Source: Patellaria atrata CBS 101060 (lineage: Eukaryota). From it: DNA of 64,000 nucleotides. Where the stretch lies: positions 310,001-374,000 of the forward strand of contig MU006099.1 of assembly GCA_010093705.1 (NCBI GenBank), in the 5' to 3' direction. The notes beneath the pieces were generated by a model. The model was not told the origin of the DNA. It worked only from the letters and a program-made list of their open reading frames with translations, and made no database searches. Positions 61,041-64,000 of this stretch are shown here, one piece after another (positions within the stretch are counted from its first letter, which is position 1; the number at the start of each line of letters is the position of its first letter). A program made the position numbers and the translations under genes.

Positions 61041-63788
61041 TTTCTTGACTTGACGGACAGGGAAGAATTAAAAAGATATGGTAGTATCTGCACTATCAGA
61101 TGCCAACTATGATGAAGAAAATAGGCAAAGGCGAGGAGAAACGCTGCAAAATACACGCCCGACAAACTACATATACATATAAGAGAATGGACGGTAAGAA
61201 GGTTCAAACAGACACCTACCTTTTTGGCCCCCAAAGGATTCATGAAGGGGGTTATACTTTACAGCACCCACCAATCATCGCGACTTAGATTCTCAGATTT
61301 AAATGGGAGAATACAGGGTCGTGAGGGCGCAGCCCCCATCATGTAGAGGACGAGAGTTACCTGGGAGATCAGGCCCCCAGCCGATCAAAACGGGTGGTAT
61401 CTCGCAGTGAGTGTTGCAGAGCGTTTTGCTGGTGATGATTATTCAGCAAATAATGAATGCTTACGGCCGTATGTTTCTTTAGGGAATGAGAAATGACATG
61501 CAGCTAAATGCAAAACAGTTCGACACAGTGCCCGCTACTCTTTGTTGCCTACGATCACTCATGGAGTCAAAATTCCGATCCTCGTGCTTCCCTGGGCGTA
61601 AGTTTGGGGGCCATTTTCGCGTTTTCTTCTCATGATATCTTATAGTGAGGGATTTTTCCCCTTGAAAGTTTGACTAAAGGAACATCGTGAGGAGATAAAC
61701 GCTTAAAGCTAGTAAGAATGGGTTACTGATGCGAGAGTTACCTTTTTTGAGGGCATAATGTGAAATTTCCGTGGAATTTCAAGTTGGTTCTCACAACATG
61801 ACGTAGGTTAGTTAGTCTACGGCGCCCAGCCAAGAGCTCCGGTGAACGATGCGGTCGGGTATGGTGGAGTGTTTACCCGTTTACCGGGGCAAATCGTGCC
61901 GAATCGCTCCGATTATCAACCAACCACTTGGTTCAGAGATGAAGGTCGATATGGCTGTTAGTGAAATATATAAGCATAGAAGGACCGGTATTCTTGACAG
62001 GTGCAAGACATATTATCGTCAAACAAACTGTGTTAAAACGTATTCATTACTTGCTAAGCCTCACCTGCACCAGCGAAAAGCTAGCGAGGGGCGAAAAAGA
62101 CAGATAAAGAAAGCCCCCAAACTCCAGCAATCGACGCCTCCCGATGCGTCTATTAATAGACTGGATATAGGAAAATTATTTTCCTTGGTCCCTGAAACCT
62201 ACTGAGACTTAAAAGGTCGCTCGATGTCGTCGCCGTTGATTTCAGCCTTGTGAATATTATTCAGTGCGGCAGAGCGCTGCTCTATTGAGCCTAAGGGATG
62301 CACCCCACAAGAGTAAAACCGTAACTCCATAGCCAAATCTGAAGCATTCGTTAGCAATCAGAACTTGCATTCGAGACCAGATACTAACTTACCTCATTAA
62401 GAATACTAAATGGTGCCAACTTTCCCGTTGAGGTAAGCCTTTGCTAATAACGGCCACCCCAGGAAGAGAGTAATGCATGGGACGAACCTATTACCATCCT
62501 GATTAGCTATAGTTCTTCTAAAAGAATAGAAAGAAGTAGGTGTTTACTCACATAGTTGCCGATCTGCCCAAATGATTTGCCACATCTCTGGTCCTGAAAC
62601 TGTGGATAGGGGTTGTGGTCGGGTATCTCCCGTACGGATGCGGTTCCTTCAAGTACATGCGAGCGGAGCGGAAGAATGCACGAACTGGTGTTGGGGAAGG
62701 CATTTTTTGTTTTGATTACAATGTAACCGGATTGAGTAGCTGATTGGGTTGTAGAGGAGAGATGTAACAGCGAGTATGTTACAAAGAGAGGAGATTGATG
62801 TAGAGTATAGACTGATGGTTGAGAGGAGAGTTGCAAGTGCTGTTACAGATGTACTTATCTGAAGCTGCTGATTGGATGCTTTGAGATGCTGTGAAAAGGA
62901 GTACCTACTGCAATGTGCGACTTTCGTCTTATATACAAACCGCAGCAGTTTTGATAATGGCTCCTGAATAGGGTTATGGTGAAACGAAGACATCTCCGCT
63001 ATTGATCGTCGCGAAAGGGCCCGAACATCTCAGCCCAATTATCAGGAGATGTATAGACATGACCAGCGGGAGAAATCATGGTAAAGTAGAAATTTACGAG
63101 CATGGTGTGAGATGTTGTTGAAACTCTGACGGAGCGAAAGCGTGGGAAGAGCGTGGTGTGATACAAAAAGCAGAAAAGGTCCGTGCGCACGATCGGGACC
63201 GGTCTAGCGTAAAACAGGCGGACCTCCCTAACTTTTTTCATACAAAGTATAGCATCCGCTCACTCCACCAAAAACTTCTAGAATGTCAAAAGTATGATTG
63301 CACTTCAGGTTGTCATTCAGTACTGTAGCCTGGAAGTACGTGCTATACGCGAGCAACAGATAGCACTCACTACTCCATAGTTCGAACAATCAGACTTCTT
63401 TTACAATCTACTGGACAAAGTAGCATTACTCCTTTTATCATCTCTTTAATGTCATTCCTGACTTATTTGCGACAACTGGCAAGAAGGCGTTTTCCAATGC
63501 GATGTACGATTACCGTATTATATAGTACAACTGTCAAATCCCATAGAAGTCGATTGTGGAGTACACTTTTGTAACAAATACAAAAACCCTAAAATGCCTA
63601 CAAAGGCTCAAAATAGCAACGAAACAAAAAATCCCCTTTCTTGTCTTCCCCATTGTTAAAGTTACTATTTTCATACTTGATCTTTATGTCGCTTCTAAGG
63701 TACACATCGCAATATCATGAGCTGTATAAGATATAGGACCACCCGTTCGAAGCTACCTAAGACAGATCAGAAAACTCCACCTCAAAGA

Positions 63789-63977
63789 TTAACGATACTC
63801 CACCTCAGCAACAATGCGGTCCATTATCTCAATCTCCCTTATCTCCCTCCTCAGCTTGGTATTAGCGATGCCGTCAGACCTCCAATCCAGGGTTAACAGC
63901 AAAGCGGAGTTTGGCTCAAGATGGAACGATGCAGACAAATTCTGGCTCTGCGAAAGTAGAAACTTTGACAACTGCGT
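63789..63977 (-). CDS. Possible last exon of a gene extending beyond the window
   Basis: About 60 open codons following TAG acceptor-like sites. No family recognised. Confidence 0.25.
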   Translation of the reverse strand, partial: TQLSKFLLSQSQNLSASFHLEPNSALLLTLDWRSDGIANTKLRREIREIEIMDRIVAEVEYR

Positions 63978-64000
63978 CTACTATAACTTCAACGACAGCG

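Noticed and set aside
1..64000. Starship element or PKS/NRPS gene cluster
   Set aside because: No tyrosine recombinase captain or backbone synthase recognised; accessory patches are interleaved with core genes.

Overview
Eukaryotic DNA from a filamentous ascomycete (Pezizomycotina): short GT-AG introns with CTRAC branch sites, so many ORF-track entries are single exons. The conserved backbone is RSC9, a PTH11-like GPCR, a GRE2-like reductase, BCKDH E1-alpha, COQ5, a Pca1-like heavy-metal ATPase, RAD4, MET10, FMP52, YSC84/LSB3, an Sft1 SNARE, an Age2-like ArfGAP, LUC7, GPI16 and cytochrome b5. Accessory patches are interspersed: a complete but inactivated Fot1/pogo transposon, a small secreted crystallin-like protein, several pseudogenes, a 54/108-bp satellite, a duplicated hairpin/B-box element and a methyltransferase-dioxygenase-SDR trio. 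The main candidate for a poorly described system is a pair of paralogous HerA/FtsK-type P-loop ATPase genes. One is intact (56137-57767). The other is a pseudogene with an extra N-terminal domain (29076-31040). All calls come from manual translation and motif recognition; no database search was run.
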